The notes under the pieces were generated by a model. That model ran no database searches. It had not been told where the DNA came from and saw nothing but the letters and a program-made list of their open reading frames with translations. DNA of 64,000 nt from Nitrospirae bacterium GWF2_44_13. GTDB lineage: Bacteria; Nitrospirota; Thermodesulfovibrionia; Thermodesulfovibrionales; UBA1546. Location of the stretch: NCBI GenBank assembly GCA_001805105.1, contig MHEE01000012.1, forward strand, positions 25,590 to 89,589, read 5' to 3'. Below are positions 8,542 to 17,092 of this stretch, in pieces. The position numbers and the translations under genes are program-made. Positions within the stretch are counted from its first letter, which is position 1. Each line of letters opens with the position of its first letter.

Positions 8542-11500
8542 TTATGACTTGTGATATTCCTGGATGGATTTTATGCTTATATTTTTCTTGCGGAGCATAT
8601 CTATCGCATTGACCACTGCCTTTGCTCCAGAAACAGTCGTAGTATAAGGCACCCTGTACTGGAGCGCGCTATGCCTTATTGAAAAGGAATCCCTCTGAGC
8701 CTGTGCATCGCTGACTGTATTAATAATGAAATTCACTTCCTTGTTTTTGATTAAATCCACGATATGAGGCCTTCCTTCATTCACCTTATTTATTACTTCA
8801 ACTTCTATTCCTTTGCCGCTGAGATGCTCTGCAGTGCCGCGGGTCGCTATCACCTCAAAACCCATGGCGTGGAGTTTCTTCACAATATCACATATCCCGT
8901 CCTTGTCTTCATCCCTGACGCTTATCACAATCTTACCAGACACAGGTATCCTGTTACTGGATGATAACTGAGCCTTTGCATATGCAATACCGAAATCCTC
9001 GTCTATGCCCATCACTTCTCCTGTGGATTTCATCTCAGGGCCGAGAATTGTATCAACACCGCTGAACCTGTCAAATGGGAACACGGCCTCTTTAACGGCA
9101 ACGTGCTTTATCTCCTTTTCAGTTGTCAGCCCTAGTTCCTTTAATGTTTTTCCGAGCATTGCCTTTGCAGCAAGTTTTGCCAGTGGAACGCCTGTTGCCT
9201 TGCTCACATAAGGTATGGTCCTTGACGCTCTTGGATTTACCTCAAGTATGTATATCTCGTTATCCTTGACTGCGAACTGAATATTCATAAGCCCTATGAC
9301 ATTGAGCTCGCGCGCCAAAGCCTTTGTCTGCTTTTTAATCTCAGCAACAATATCGTTATTCAGAGAATAAGGCGGCAGGGAGCATGCCGAATCACCTGAA
9401 TGTATGCCTGCCTCTTCGATATGTTCCATAACACCGCCGACAATTACATCAACTCCGTCTGAAATAGCATCAACATCCACCTCAACAGCGCCGGACAGAT
9501 ATTTATCAATGAGAACAGGATGCTCCGATGACGCCTTTACAGCCCTTTCCATGTAATCAAGAAGTGAACTCTCATCATAGACAATCTCCATAGCCCTTCC
9601 TCCAAGCACATAAGAAGGCCTCACCATAACAGGATACCCTATCTTCATCGCAATCACTACGGCATCTTGAGGAGACATGGCAGTGTCGCTCTCCGCCTGC
9701 TTGAGATTGAGTTTATGGAGAAGTTCTTTGAATCTCCTCCTGTCTTCTGCGCTGTCTATTGAGTCAGGCGAAGTGCCGAGAATCCTTACGCCCTCTTTTT
9801 CAAGAGGCACCGCCAGTTTTAACGGAGTCTGGCCTCCGAACTGCACTATGATGCCTTCCGGTTTTTCAGCCTCAATAATACTCAGCACATCCTCTATTGT
9901 CAGCGGCTCAAAATATAACCTGTCGGCAGTGTCATAGTCAGTGCTGACTGTCTCAGGATTACAGTTGACCATTATAGTCTCGTAACCAAGCTCCTTCAAA
10001 GCAAAGACTGCATGAACGCAGCAGTAATCAAATTCAATTCCCTGCCCTATCCTGTTAGGGCCGGAGCCGAGGATAATTACCTTTTTGCGCTCAGCGGGAT
10101 TGATTTCGGATTCAACTGATGCATGGTTCTTTTCATCCTGTATCTTGTATCCTGCATCCTGTATCCTGTAAAACGGTTTTTCATACGTTGAATACATATA
10201 CGGAGTATATGCCGCAAATTCCGCTGCGCATGTATCAACCATTTTATAGACAGGTTTTATACTGGATTCATTTCTCAGCTTTCTTATCTCCGCCTCTGTC
10301 TTTCCTGCAAGCTTGGCAATACGCCTGTCAGAGAAGCCGTATTCTTTTGCATCCCGCAATAAATCAGGGGCAAGAGATGCATGATGCATGATGCATGATG
10401 CATCTCTTTTTTTATCCTGTATCTTGTATCCTGCATCCTGTATCTTTTCTTCCATCTCCACAATCTGCCTTATGTTATTCAGGAACCACGGGTCAATCCA
10501 TGTGAGTTCATAAATCTCGTTAACAGACATTCCGTTCCTCATAGCCTGCGCAATATACCAGAGCCTGTCTGCATTAGGCATCTTGAGTTTAGCTTTAAGT
10601 TCTGCTGTGCTTACATCAATTTCTTCAAAACCGTAACTTCCAATCTCAAGGCTCCTCATCGCCTTCTGCAAAGATTCTTTAAAAGTTCTGCCTATAGACA
10701 TAACCTCTCCAACAGATTTCATCTGCGTTGTGAGCGTGGAATCAGCCGCTGGAAATTTTTCAAATGCAAACCTCGGAACCTTTGTCACAACATAATCAAT
10801 CGCAGGTTCAAAGGATGCAGGCGTTTCCCTTGTTATATCATTTGGTATTTCTTCAAGCGTAAGCCCCACTGCAAGCTTTGCGGCAATCTTTGCTATGGGA
10901 AATCCTGTTGCCTTGCTTGCAAGAGCCGATGACCTTGAAACTCGAGGATTCATTTCTATAACGGACATCCTGCCATCTTTCGGATTCAATGCAAACTGGA
11001 TATTCGAACCGCCGGTATCAACTCCTATTTCCCTGATGATTGCTATCGATGCATCGCGCATCCGCTGATATTCCTTGTCTGTCAGGGTCTGTGCGGGCGC
11101 AACTGTGATGGAATCTCCGGTATGAACTCCCATCGGATCAAAATTTTCTATGGAACAGATGATAACGACATTGTCCTTCATATCACGCATCACCTCAAGC
11201 TCATATTCCTTCCATCCGATAACTGATTCTTCCACAAGCACCTGATGAACAGGACTGAGCTTCAGCCCATTGTCAAGAAGCTCCGTGTATTCTTCCATGT
11301 TATATGCAATGCCGCTTCCTGTTCCTCCGAGAGTGAATGAGGGGCGTAATATTGCCGGAAAGCCGATATGTTCAATCGCATCCATCCCTTTTTTCAGGTT
11401 CATGACGGCAGCGCTCTTCGGAACCTCAAGCCCGATTTTTTTCATCGCCTCTTTGAAAAGCTCCCTGTCTTCAGCCTTTTTTATCGCATGAAGTTTTGCG

Positions 11501-11850
11501 CCGATGAGTTCAACCTTATACTTTTCAAGCGCTCCGCTTTCAGCAAGCTCAACAGCAAGGTTAAGCGCGGTCTGCCCGCCCATCGTCGGAAGTAGGGCAT
11601 CAGGCCTTTCTTTCTTTATTATCAGCTCAATGATATCTGCTGTTAACGGCTCTATGTAAGTCGCATCAGCAATATCAGGGTCTGTCATGATTGTTGCGGG
11701 ATTTGAGTTTATAAGAACTACCTTGTAGCCTTCTTCCTTCAATGCCTTGCACGCCTGAGTGCCCGAATAGTCAAACTCGCAGGCCTGTCCTATAACAATA
11801 GGGCCCGAACCGATTAATAAGATTTTTTTAATGTCAGTTCTTTTTGGCAT
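8542..11850 (-). CDS. carB: carbamoyl-phosphate synthase large subunit
   Basis: 1102 aa with two ATP-grasp halves and a C-terminal MGS-like domain. Contains two in-frame repeat-derived inserts ([23 protein letters not shown] and [17 protein letters not shown]). Confidence 0.97.
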   Translation of the reverse strand: MPKRTDIKKILLIGSGPIVIGQACEFDYSGTQACKALKEEGYKVVLINSNPATIMTDPDIADATYIEPLTADIIELIIKKERPDALLPTMGGQTALNLAVELAESGALEKYKVELIGAKLHAIKKAEDRELFKEAMKKIGLEVPKSAAVMNLKKGMDAIEHIGFPAILRPSFTLGGTGSGIAYNMEEYTELLDNGLKLSPVHQVLVEESVIGWKEYELEVMRDMKDNVVIICSIENFDPMGVHTGDSITVAPAQTLTDKEYQRMRDASIAIIREIGVDTGGSNIQFALNPKDGRMSVIEMNPRVSRSSALASKATGFPIAKIAAKLAVGLTLEEIPNDITRETPASFEPAIDYVVTKVPRFAFEKFPAADSTLTTQMKSVGEVMSIGRTFKESLQKAMRSLEIGSYGFEEIDVSTAELKAKLKMPNADRLWYIAQAMRNGMSVNEIYELTWIDPWFLNNIRQIVEMEEKIQDAGYKIQDKKRDASCIMHHASLAPDLLRDAKEYGFSDRRIAKLAGKTEAEIRKLRNESSIKPVYKMVDTCAAEFAAYTPYMYSTYEKPFYRIQDAGYKIQDEKNHASVESEINPAERKKVIILGSGPNRIGQGIEFDYCCVHAVFALKELGYETIMVNCNPETVSTDYDTADRLYFEPLTIEDVLSIIEAEKPEGIIVQFGGQTPLKLAVPLEKEGVRILGTSPDSIDSAEDRRRFKELLHKLNLKQAESDTAMSPQDAVVIAMKIGYPVMVRPSYVLGGRAMEIVYDESSLLDYMERAVKASSEHPVLIDKYLSGAVEVDVDAISDGVDVIVGGVMEHIEEAGIHSGDSACSLPPYSLNNDIVAEIKKQTKALARELNVIGLMNIQFAVKDNEIYILEVNPRASRTIPYVSKATGVPLAKLAAKAMLGKTLKELGLTTEKEIKHVAVKEAVFPFDRFSGVDTILGPEMKSTGEVMGIDEDFGIAYAKAQLSSSNRIPVSGKIVISVRDEDKDGICDIVKKLHAMGFEVIATRGTAEHLSGKGIEVEVINKVNEGRPHIVDLIKNKEVNFIINTVSDAQAQRDSFSIRHSALQYRVPYTTTVSGAKAVVNAIDMLRKKNISIKSIQEYHKS
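10118..10169. repeat. paired heptamer-array element (GATGCAT / ATCCTGY family) inside carB, copy 2
   Basis: GATGCATG, spacer GTTCTTTTC, then ATCCTGT ATCTTGT ATCCTGC ATCCTGT ATCCTGT. Confidence 0.75.
10376..10444. repeat. paired heptamer-array element (GATGCAT / ATCCTGY family) inside carB, copy 1
   Basis: (GATGCAT)x4+C, spacer TCTTTTTTT, then ATCCTGT ATCTTGT ATCCTGC ATCCTGT ATC. By hand alignment the arms are 21/27 complementary. Confidence 0.8.
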
Positions 11851-12961
11851 AAAATCTTTCTATCATCTCCCTGAATCTTTTGAAGATATGTACAGAATCA
11901 TTCGGCCCCGGCCCTGCCTCAGGATGATGCTGGACAGAGAACACAGGCAGTTCAACATGCTGCATTCCCTCTTCAGTGCCGTCATAAAGATTCTTATGCG
12001 TAAGCTTAACCTGTCCTTTAAGGCTGTTTATGTCAACGCAATAATTGTGGTTTTGTGATGTTATTTCAACTCTTCCTGTTGATAAATCCTTTACGGGATG
12101 GTTTCCGCCGTGATGCCCGAATTTTAATTTATAGGTCCTTCCTCCCATTGCAAGCCCGAGTATCTGATGCCCGAGGCATATTCCCAATGTAGGCTTTTTG
12201 CCCATGAGTTTCTTTGCGCTCTCTATCGCATATGTCACTGTCTGCGGGTCACCGGGCCCGTTGCTTAAAACTATTCCGTCAGGATTCATCTCAAGAACTT
12301 TCTCCGTATCTGTTTGTGCGGGAACAACAGTGACATCAAACCCTGCCTCAACAAGGTTTCTCAGGATATTGAACTTTATGCCAAAGTCATATACAACTAC
12401 TTTTAATACCGCTTTACTTCTTTCTACAACGCACCATTTCCAGCATCCTGCTTCCCATTTATAAATCTTCTTCGTCGTTACTTCTTTTACAAAGTCATAT
12501 GCGGCGATGCCCTGATGTTTCTTCACCTTTTCAAGAAGACTTTCAGGGTTCAAATCCTTTGTTGATATTATCCCCATCTGTACGCCGTGGTTTCTTAAAT
12601 GCCTTGTCAGCGCCCTTGTGTCAATGCCCTGAAGCCCCACGATATTTGATTTCTTCATGTAAGCAACAAGAGATGCCTGAGAACGCCAGTTGCTCGGAAA
12701 CTCGCAAACCTCTTTCACGATAAAACCCTCTGCTTTAATCCCGCCCTGCGATTCTATGTCCTCTTCGTTTATGCCGTAATTTCCAATCTGGGGATAAGTC
12801 ATTGTAACAATCTGTCCCTTATATGATGAGTCGGTGAGTATTTCCTGATACCCTGTCATAGAGGTATTAAAGACAACCTCAGCGATAGCTTCGCCTTCAG
12901 AGCCAAATCCCTCGCCTTCAAACACAACCCCATCGGAAAGGACTAATAATGCCTTACTCAT
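11834..12961 (-). CDS. carA: carbamoyl-phosphate synthase small (glutaminase) subunit
   Basis: GATase type-1 motifs (GICLGHQ, HHPE). Overlaps the carB start by 17 nt. Confidence 0.95.
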   Translation of the reverse strand: MSKALLVLSDGVVFEGEGFGSEGEAIAEVVFNTSMTGYQEILTDSSYKGQIVTMTYPQIGNYGINEEDIESQGGIKAEGFIVKEVCEFPSNWRSQASLVAYMKKSNIVGLQGIDTRALTRHLRNHGVQMGIISTKDLNPESLLEKVKKHQGIAAYDFVKEVTTKKIYKWEAGCWKWCVVERSKAVLKVVVYDFGIKFNILRNLVEAGFDVTVVPAQTDTEKVLEMNPDGIVLSNGPGDPQTVTYAIESAKKLMGKKPTLGICLGHQILGLAMGGRTYKLKFGHHGGNHPVKDLSTGRVEITSQNHNYCVDINSLKGQVKLTHKNLYDGTEEGMQHVELPVFSVQHHPEAGPGPNDSVHIFKRFREMIERFYAKKN

Positions 12962-14255
12962 ACACCTTTCCCTTGCATATCGTCATTACCGGCATTCCCT
13001 TCAATATCCAGCCGTCAAAAGGCGTGTTCCTGCCTTTTGAAACAAATCTTTCTGCCTCAACTTTGAATTTTTTATTCGCATCAACCATAACAATATCGGC
13101 ATCAGAGCCAATCTTAAGCGTTCCTTTGTTTATGCCCAAGATTCCTGCGGGCTTCACTGCCATTTTCTCAACAAGCTGCGGCATAGTTAAAACACCTTCA
13201 TGCACAAGCCTCAGACTCAGGCTCAACGCTGTTTCAAGGCCTGATATTCCGGAAGGGGCGCGGTCAAATTCCCGCAGTTTTTCATCCCTGTGATGCGGCG
13301 CATGGTCTGTTGCTATGACATCAATCGTGCCGTCTTTCAGCCCCTGCTTAATTGCATTCACATCTTTATCTGTCCTTAACGGCGGATTCACTTTTGCATT
13401 TGTGTTATATCCTTCAACATTATTCTCTGTAATGCTGAAGTAATGCGGGCATGTTTCTGCAGTTACATTTATTCCTCTTTCCTTAGCGTCTCTGATTATT
13501 CTTACAGAGCCTTCTGTTGAAACATGCGCTATGTGAAGCCTTCCCCTGGCAAGTTTTGCAAGCGAAATGTCCCTGCTTATCATTATCTCTTCTGCTTCAG
13601 AAGGTATCCCCTTTAATCCGAGGGTCAATGACAACAGCCCTTCGTTCATCACACCGCCTTCGGAAAGGCCTATATCTTCGCAATGAGAGATTATCGGGAC
13701 CTTGAAGGCCCTTGAATATTCAAGCGCCCTTCTCATAATAAGGCTGCTCATGACAGGGGTTCCGTCATCTGAAAAAGCGACACAGCCTTCCGAATACATA
13801 ATGCCCATCTCTGCAAGCTCTTCGCCTTTCTGCCCCTTTGTTATCGCGCCAATCGGATAGACAGTGCATGCACCTTCCTGAATCGCCTTCCTTATAATAA
13901 AATCCGTAACGCTTGAATTGTCATTCACAGGGTTTGTATTCGGCATGGCGCAGACTGTTGTGAAACCGCCTTTAACGGCAGCCATGCTCCCTGTTCGTAT
14001 CGTTTCCTTGTATTCAAATCCCGGTTCTCTAAGGTGTGTATGCATGTCTATAAGTCCGGGCAGAACGTATAAGCCGGAAGCATCAATAATATCGCCACCA
14101 GATGCACGATTTTTTATTTTTTTATCTTGCATCTTGTATCTTGCATCTTGTATCTTGATTTCCTTTATTTTTCCCTCTTCAATTAATATATCCCCAATCC
14201 CATCTATTCCCTGTGATGGGTCTGTTATGTGTCCATTCTTAATTAATATTTTCAC
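12954..14255 (-). CDS. pyrC: dihydroorotase
   Basis: DMHTHLREPG metal-binding motif and ATDHAPH. Contains an in-frame repeat-derived insert (KIQDARYKMQDKKIKNRAS). Confidence 0.93.
   Translation of the reverse strand: MKILIKNGHITDPSQGIDGIGDILIEEGKIKEIKIQDARYKMQDKKIKNRASGGDIIDASGLYVLPGLIDMHTHLREPGFEYKETIRTGSMAAVKGGFTTVCAMPNTNPVNDNSSVTDFIIRKAIQEGACTVYPIGAITKGQKGEELAEMGIMYSEGCVAFSDDGTPVMSSLIMRRALEYSRAFKVPIISHCEDIGLSEGGVMNEGLLSLTLGLKGIPSEAEEIMISRDISLAKLARGRLHIAHVSTEGSVRIIRDAKERGINVTAETCPHYFSITENNVEGYNTNAKVNPPLRTDKDVNAIKQGLKDGTIDVIATDHAPHHRDEKLREFDRAPSGISGLETALSLSLRLVHEGVLTMPQLVEKMAVKPAGILGINKGTLKIGSDADIVMVDANKKFKVEAERFVSKGRNTPFDGWILKGMPVMTICKGKVYE
14101..14158. repeat. paired heptamer-array element (GATGCAY / ATCTTGY variant) inside pyrC
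   Basis: GATGCACGAT, a T-rich spacer, then ATCTTGC ATCTTGT ATCTTGC ATCTTGT ATCTTGA. Confidence 0.75.
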
Positions 14256-14259
14256 GCCG

Positions 14260-15183
14260 TTATTCCCTCACCCCTGCCAGCAGATACATCACCGCCATTC
14301 TTACGGCAAGCCCGTTGGTAACCTGCTCAAGTATCACAGACCTCGGCCCGTCAGCAACATCAGAAGCCACCTCCACACCGCGGTTCATAGGCCCCGGGTG
14401 CATCACAATCGCATCCTTGTCAGCCCTGCGAAATCTCTCTGAAGTAAGCCCCCAGTTCTTTGAATATTCAAGTGTGGATGGGAAAAATCCCTTCCCCTGC
14501 CTTTCCATCTGAATCCTCAGCACCATAACCACATTTACGCCGTCCAGCCCTGAATCCATATCATGAAAAATCCTGACGCCGAGTTCTTCGAGTTCCTTCG
14601 GGACTAATGTAGGAGGGCCTATAAGCCTGACCTCTGCGCCGAATTTTGCAAGTAAATATATATTTGATTTTGCTACCCGGCTGTGAAGTATATCCCCGAC
14701 TATCGCAATCTTAAGCCCCTCAATCCTTCCTATCTTTTCTTTGATTGTAAATGCATCAAGCAGAGCCTGCGTGGGATGTTCGTTTATGCCGTCGCCTCCG
14801 TTTATAACAGTGGCGTTAATGTGTTTTGCGATAAGATGCGGCGCGCCTGACGAGGAATGCCTTATCACCATGAAATCCGCGCCAAGCGCCTGAACATTGA
14901 GGGCTGTATCTATAAGGCTTTCTCCCTTAACAACACTGCTTGTTGTAACCGACAGGTTTAAGACATCGAGGCTCAGCCTTTTTTCTGCAAGTTCAAACGA
15001 GGTTCTCGTCCTTGTTGAAGGCTCAAAGAAGAGATTAACAGCGGTCTTTCCACGCAAGGCAGGGACTTTTTTAATATCACGCTTAAGCACGTCCTTAAAT
15101 CCCGATGCTGTATCAAGGATAAGGATTATCTCGTCTTTTGTGAGTTCCTTAATCCCGAGCAAATCTTTTGACAAAAGTTTCAT
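14260..15183 (-). CDS. pyrB: aspartate carbamoyltransferase catalytic subunit
   Basis: FFEPSTRTR carbamoyl-phosphate-binding motif, plus HPTQ and HPGP motifs. Confidence 0.95.
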   Translation of the reverse strand: MKLLSKDLLGIKELTKDEIILILDTASGFKDVLKRDIKKVPALRGKTAVNLFFEPSTRTRTSFELAEKRLSLDVLNLSVTTSSVVKGESLIDTALNVQALGADFMVIRHSSSGAPHLIAKHINATVINGGDGINEHPTQALLDAFTIKEKIGRIEGLKIAIVGDILHSRVAKSNIYLLAKFGAEVRLIGPPTLVPKELEELGVRIFHDMDSGLDGVNVVMVLRIQMERQGKGFFPSTLEYSKNWGLTSERFRRADKDAIVMHPGPMNRGVEVASDVADGPRSVILEQVTNGLAVRMAVMYLLAGVRE

Positions 15184-15704
15184 TTTATTGTCACCTTATC
15201 CTCAAGCCCGTTTTCTTCAAGGCTGACCTCTACATTCTCATCTATTGCCGTTGGTATATTTTTGCCTGCGAAATCAGCCTTTACCGGAAGCTCCCTGTGT
15301 CCCCTGTCTATCAAAACCGCAAGCTGTATGCAAGAGGGCCGTCCCATATCCATTAGCGCATCCATAGCAGCCCTTATGGACCTGCCTGTAAAAAGGACAT
15401 CGTCAACGAGAACGACTTTCATATCCGTTATCTCGCAGGGCACCTCTGTCCTTCTGACCGCAGGCTGTTTTTCCCTGATATTCAGGTCATCCCTGTAAAA
15501 GGCTATGTCAAGAGAGCCTACAGGAATATCTTTGCCCTCTATCTCCTTAATTTTGCCTGCAAGCCTCTTTGCAAGATGCACGCCCCCGCTCTGTATGCCT
15601 ACAAGGCAGAGTTCTTTGGTCCCCTTGTTCTTCTCAAGGATTTCATGCGCCATCCGCGCAAGTATTCTGTCTATGTCTTTTTTATCAAGCAGTTCCTTAG
15701 GCAT
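15180..15704 (-). CDS. pyrR: bifunctional pyrimidine operon regulator / uracil phosphoribosyltransferase
   Basis: PRTase motif [13 protein letters not shown] and length typical of PyrR. It is the first gene of the pyr operon, with a 4-nt overlap with pyrB. Confidence 0.92.
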   Translation of the reverse strand: MPKELLDKKDIDRILARMAHEILEKNKGTKELCLVGIQSGGVHLAKRLAGKIKEIEGKDIPVGSLDIAFYRDDLNIREKQPAVRRTEVPCEITDMKVVLVDDVLFTGRSIRAAMDALMDMGRPSCIQLAVLIDRGHRELPVKADFAGKNIPTAIDENVEVSLEENGLEDKVTIK

Positions 15705-15749
15705 AAAGAATCTCCGAAAATGCGTTTATATTGATAGGCTTACGGGCAT

Positions 15750-15855
15750 AAAAAAACCTTCCCGGCTTGCGGCAGGGAAGGTTAATGTGTTTTTCATGCT
15801 TGCAGCTCACGCTGCCTCCTTTGCCTTCTTAACCTCGCGGGGCTATCCTTAAAGG
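15750..15855 (-). promoter_or_regulatory. pyr leader: PyrR-binding-like hairpin plus intrinsic terminator (transcription attenuator)
   Basis: On the minus-strand sense, CCUUUAAGGAUAGCCCCGCGAGGUUAAGAAGG matches 10/14 positions of the remembered PyrR loop consensus AGUCCAGAGAGGCU. It is followed by CCUUCCC-(11 nt)-GGGAAGG plus U7 (15750-15781), about 45 nt before the pyrR ATG. Confidence 0.5.
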
Positions 15856-15931
15856 CATAGATATTAAAGCATAACCGGTATTTTCTTGTCAATTAGTTTT
15901 AATGTGATATACTTTCGTAAAAGGAGGACTT

Positions 15932-17092
15932 ATGGTTAAGTTCACAAAAACTCTTATAATCTCCTTTCTTTTATTCTTCATAGCATTGCCTGCCTCTGCT
16001 CAGGAACCCCTCATAACTATTGGCGTTTCCCTCGGGCTCACAGGAAAATACTCCGAGATGTCGGATATGCAGATGAAGGGCTTTAAGCTGTGGGAAAGCG
16101 CTGTAAACAGCAGAGGCGGCATCCTCGGGAGAAAAATAAAGCTTATAATCTACGATGACAAAAGCGACCCTCAGACAGCAAAATCTCTCTATGAACATCT
16201 TATATTAAATGATAAGGTGGATCTTGCCTTCGGCCCATACTCAAGCGAGATAACAGAGGCGGTACTTCCGATAACTGAAAAACACGGCTATCCTTTGCTT
16301 ATATCGGGAGCATCTGCTGACAGGCTTTGGCAGAAAGGTTATAAATATGCCTTCGGAATTTATACGCCTGCAAGCAAATACTCGGTTGGTTTCCTTGAAT
16401 TGCTGGTCAGAAATGACCTGCAGGATATTGCAATCTTACATGCAGGTGATTCGTTCTCAAAGGACATTGCAAACGGCACAAAGAAATGGGCGGAAAGGTT
16501 CGGGCTTAAGGTAGTTTTGTTTGAAGGCTTTAAAAAAGGCACAGAAAATCTCGATGCTGTTGCTAAAAAGGCAAAGGCATCAAAAGCAAAGGTGCTTATT
16601 GTCTGCGGTCATTTTAACGAGTCGGTAAAAATGAGGAAGTCCCTTAAAAAGATTAACTGGCAGCCGAAGGCATACTTTGCGAGTGTCGGGCCTGCAATGC
16701 CTGCATTCCATACTAATCTTAAATCCGACGCCAACTATGTGTTCTCTTCCTCCCAGTGGGAACATCATGAAGAAACAACAATTCCAGGATGTAAGGAATT
16801 CTATCACGCATATATTCATGCCTATAATGAAATACCGTCCTACCATGCGGCAACGGCATACGCATCAGGGCAGATACTTGAGGCTGCAATAAAGAATGCA
16901 GGAAGCATTGAAGGGGAGCAGTTAAGGGCTGTTTTATTGTCGTTGGACACTATCAGTGTCATCGGCAGGTACAGCGTTGATAAAAAAGGGAAGCAAATAA
17001 AGCACTTTAATGTAATTGTCCAGTGGCAGAATGAAGAGAAAAAAATTGTCTGGCCTGAGGGGCTAAAAACAGCAGACCCGATATTCAGATGA
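15932..17092 (+). CDS. ABC-type branched-chain amino acid-like periplasmic substrate-binding protein (LivJ/Peripla_BP_6 type)
   Basis: Signal peptide (LLFFIALPASA). Has the typical IGV...LTG......G..LA....N..GG..G.K..L...DD pattern. Confidence 0.85.
   Translation: MVKFTKTLIISFLLFFIALPASAQEPLITIGVSLGLTGKYSEMSDMQMKGFKLWESAVNSRGGILGRKIKLIIYDDKSDPQTAKSLYEHLILNDKVDLAFGPYSSEITEAVLPITEKHGYPLLISGASADRLWQKGYKYAFGIYTPASKYSVGFLELLVRNDLQDIAILHAGDSFSKDIANGTKKWAERFGLKVVLFEGFKKGTENLDAVAKKAKASKAKVLIVCGHFNESVKMRKSLKKINWQPKAYFASVGPAMPAFHTNLKSDANYVFSSSQWEHHEETTIPGCKEFYHAYIHAYNEIPSYHAATAYASGQILEAAIKNAGSIEGEQLRAVLLSLDTISVIGRYSVDKKGKQIKHFNVIVQWQNEEKKIVWPEGLKTADPIFR

Noticed and set aside
10376-10444. Whether the short repeats represent a CRISPR array or CRISPR remnants
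   Set aside because: The units are 7 nt in direct tandem, with no unique 25-40-nt spacers between them, no cas genes, and many copies lying inside conserved genes. This is not CRISPR architecture.
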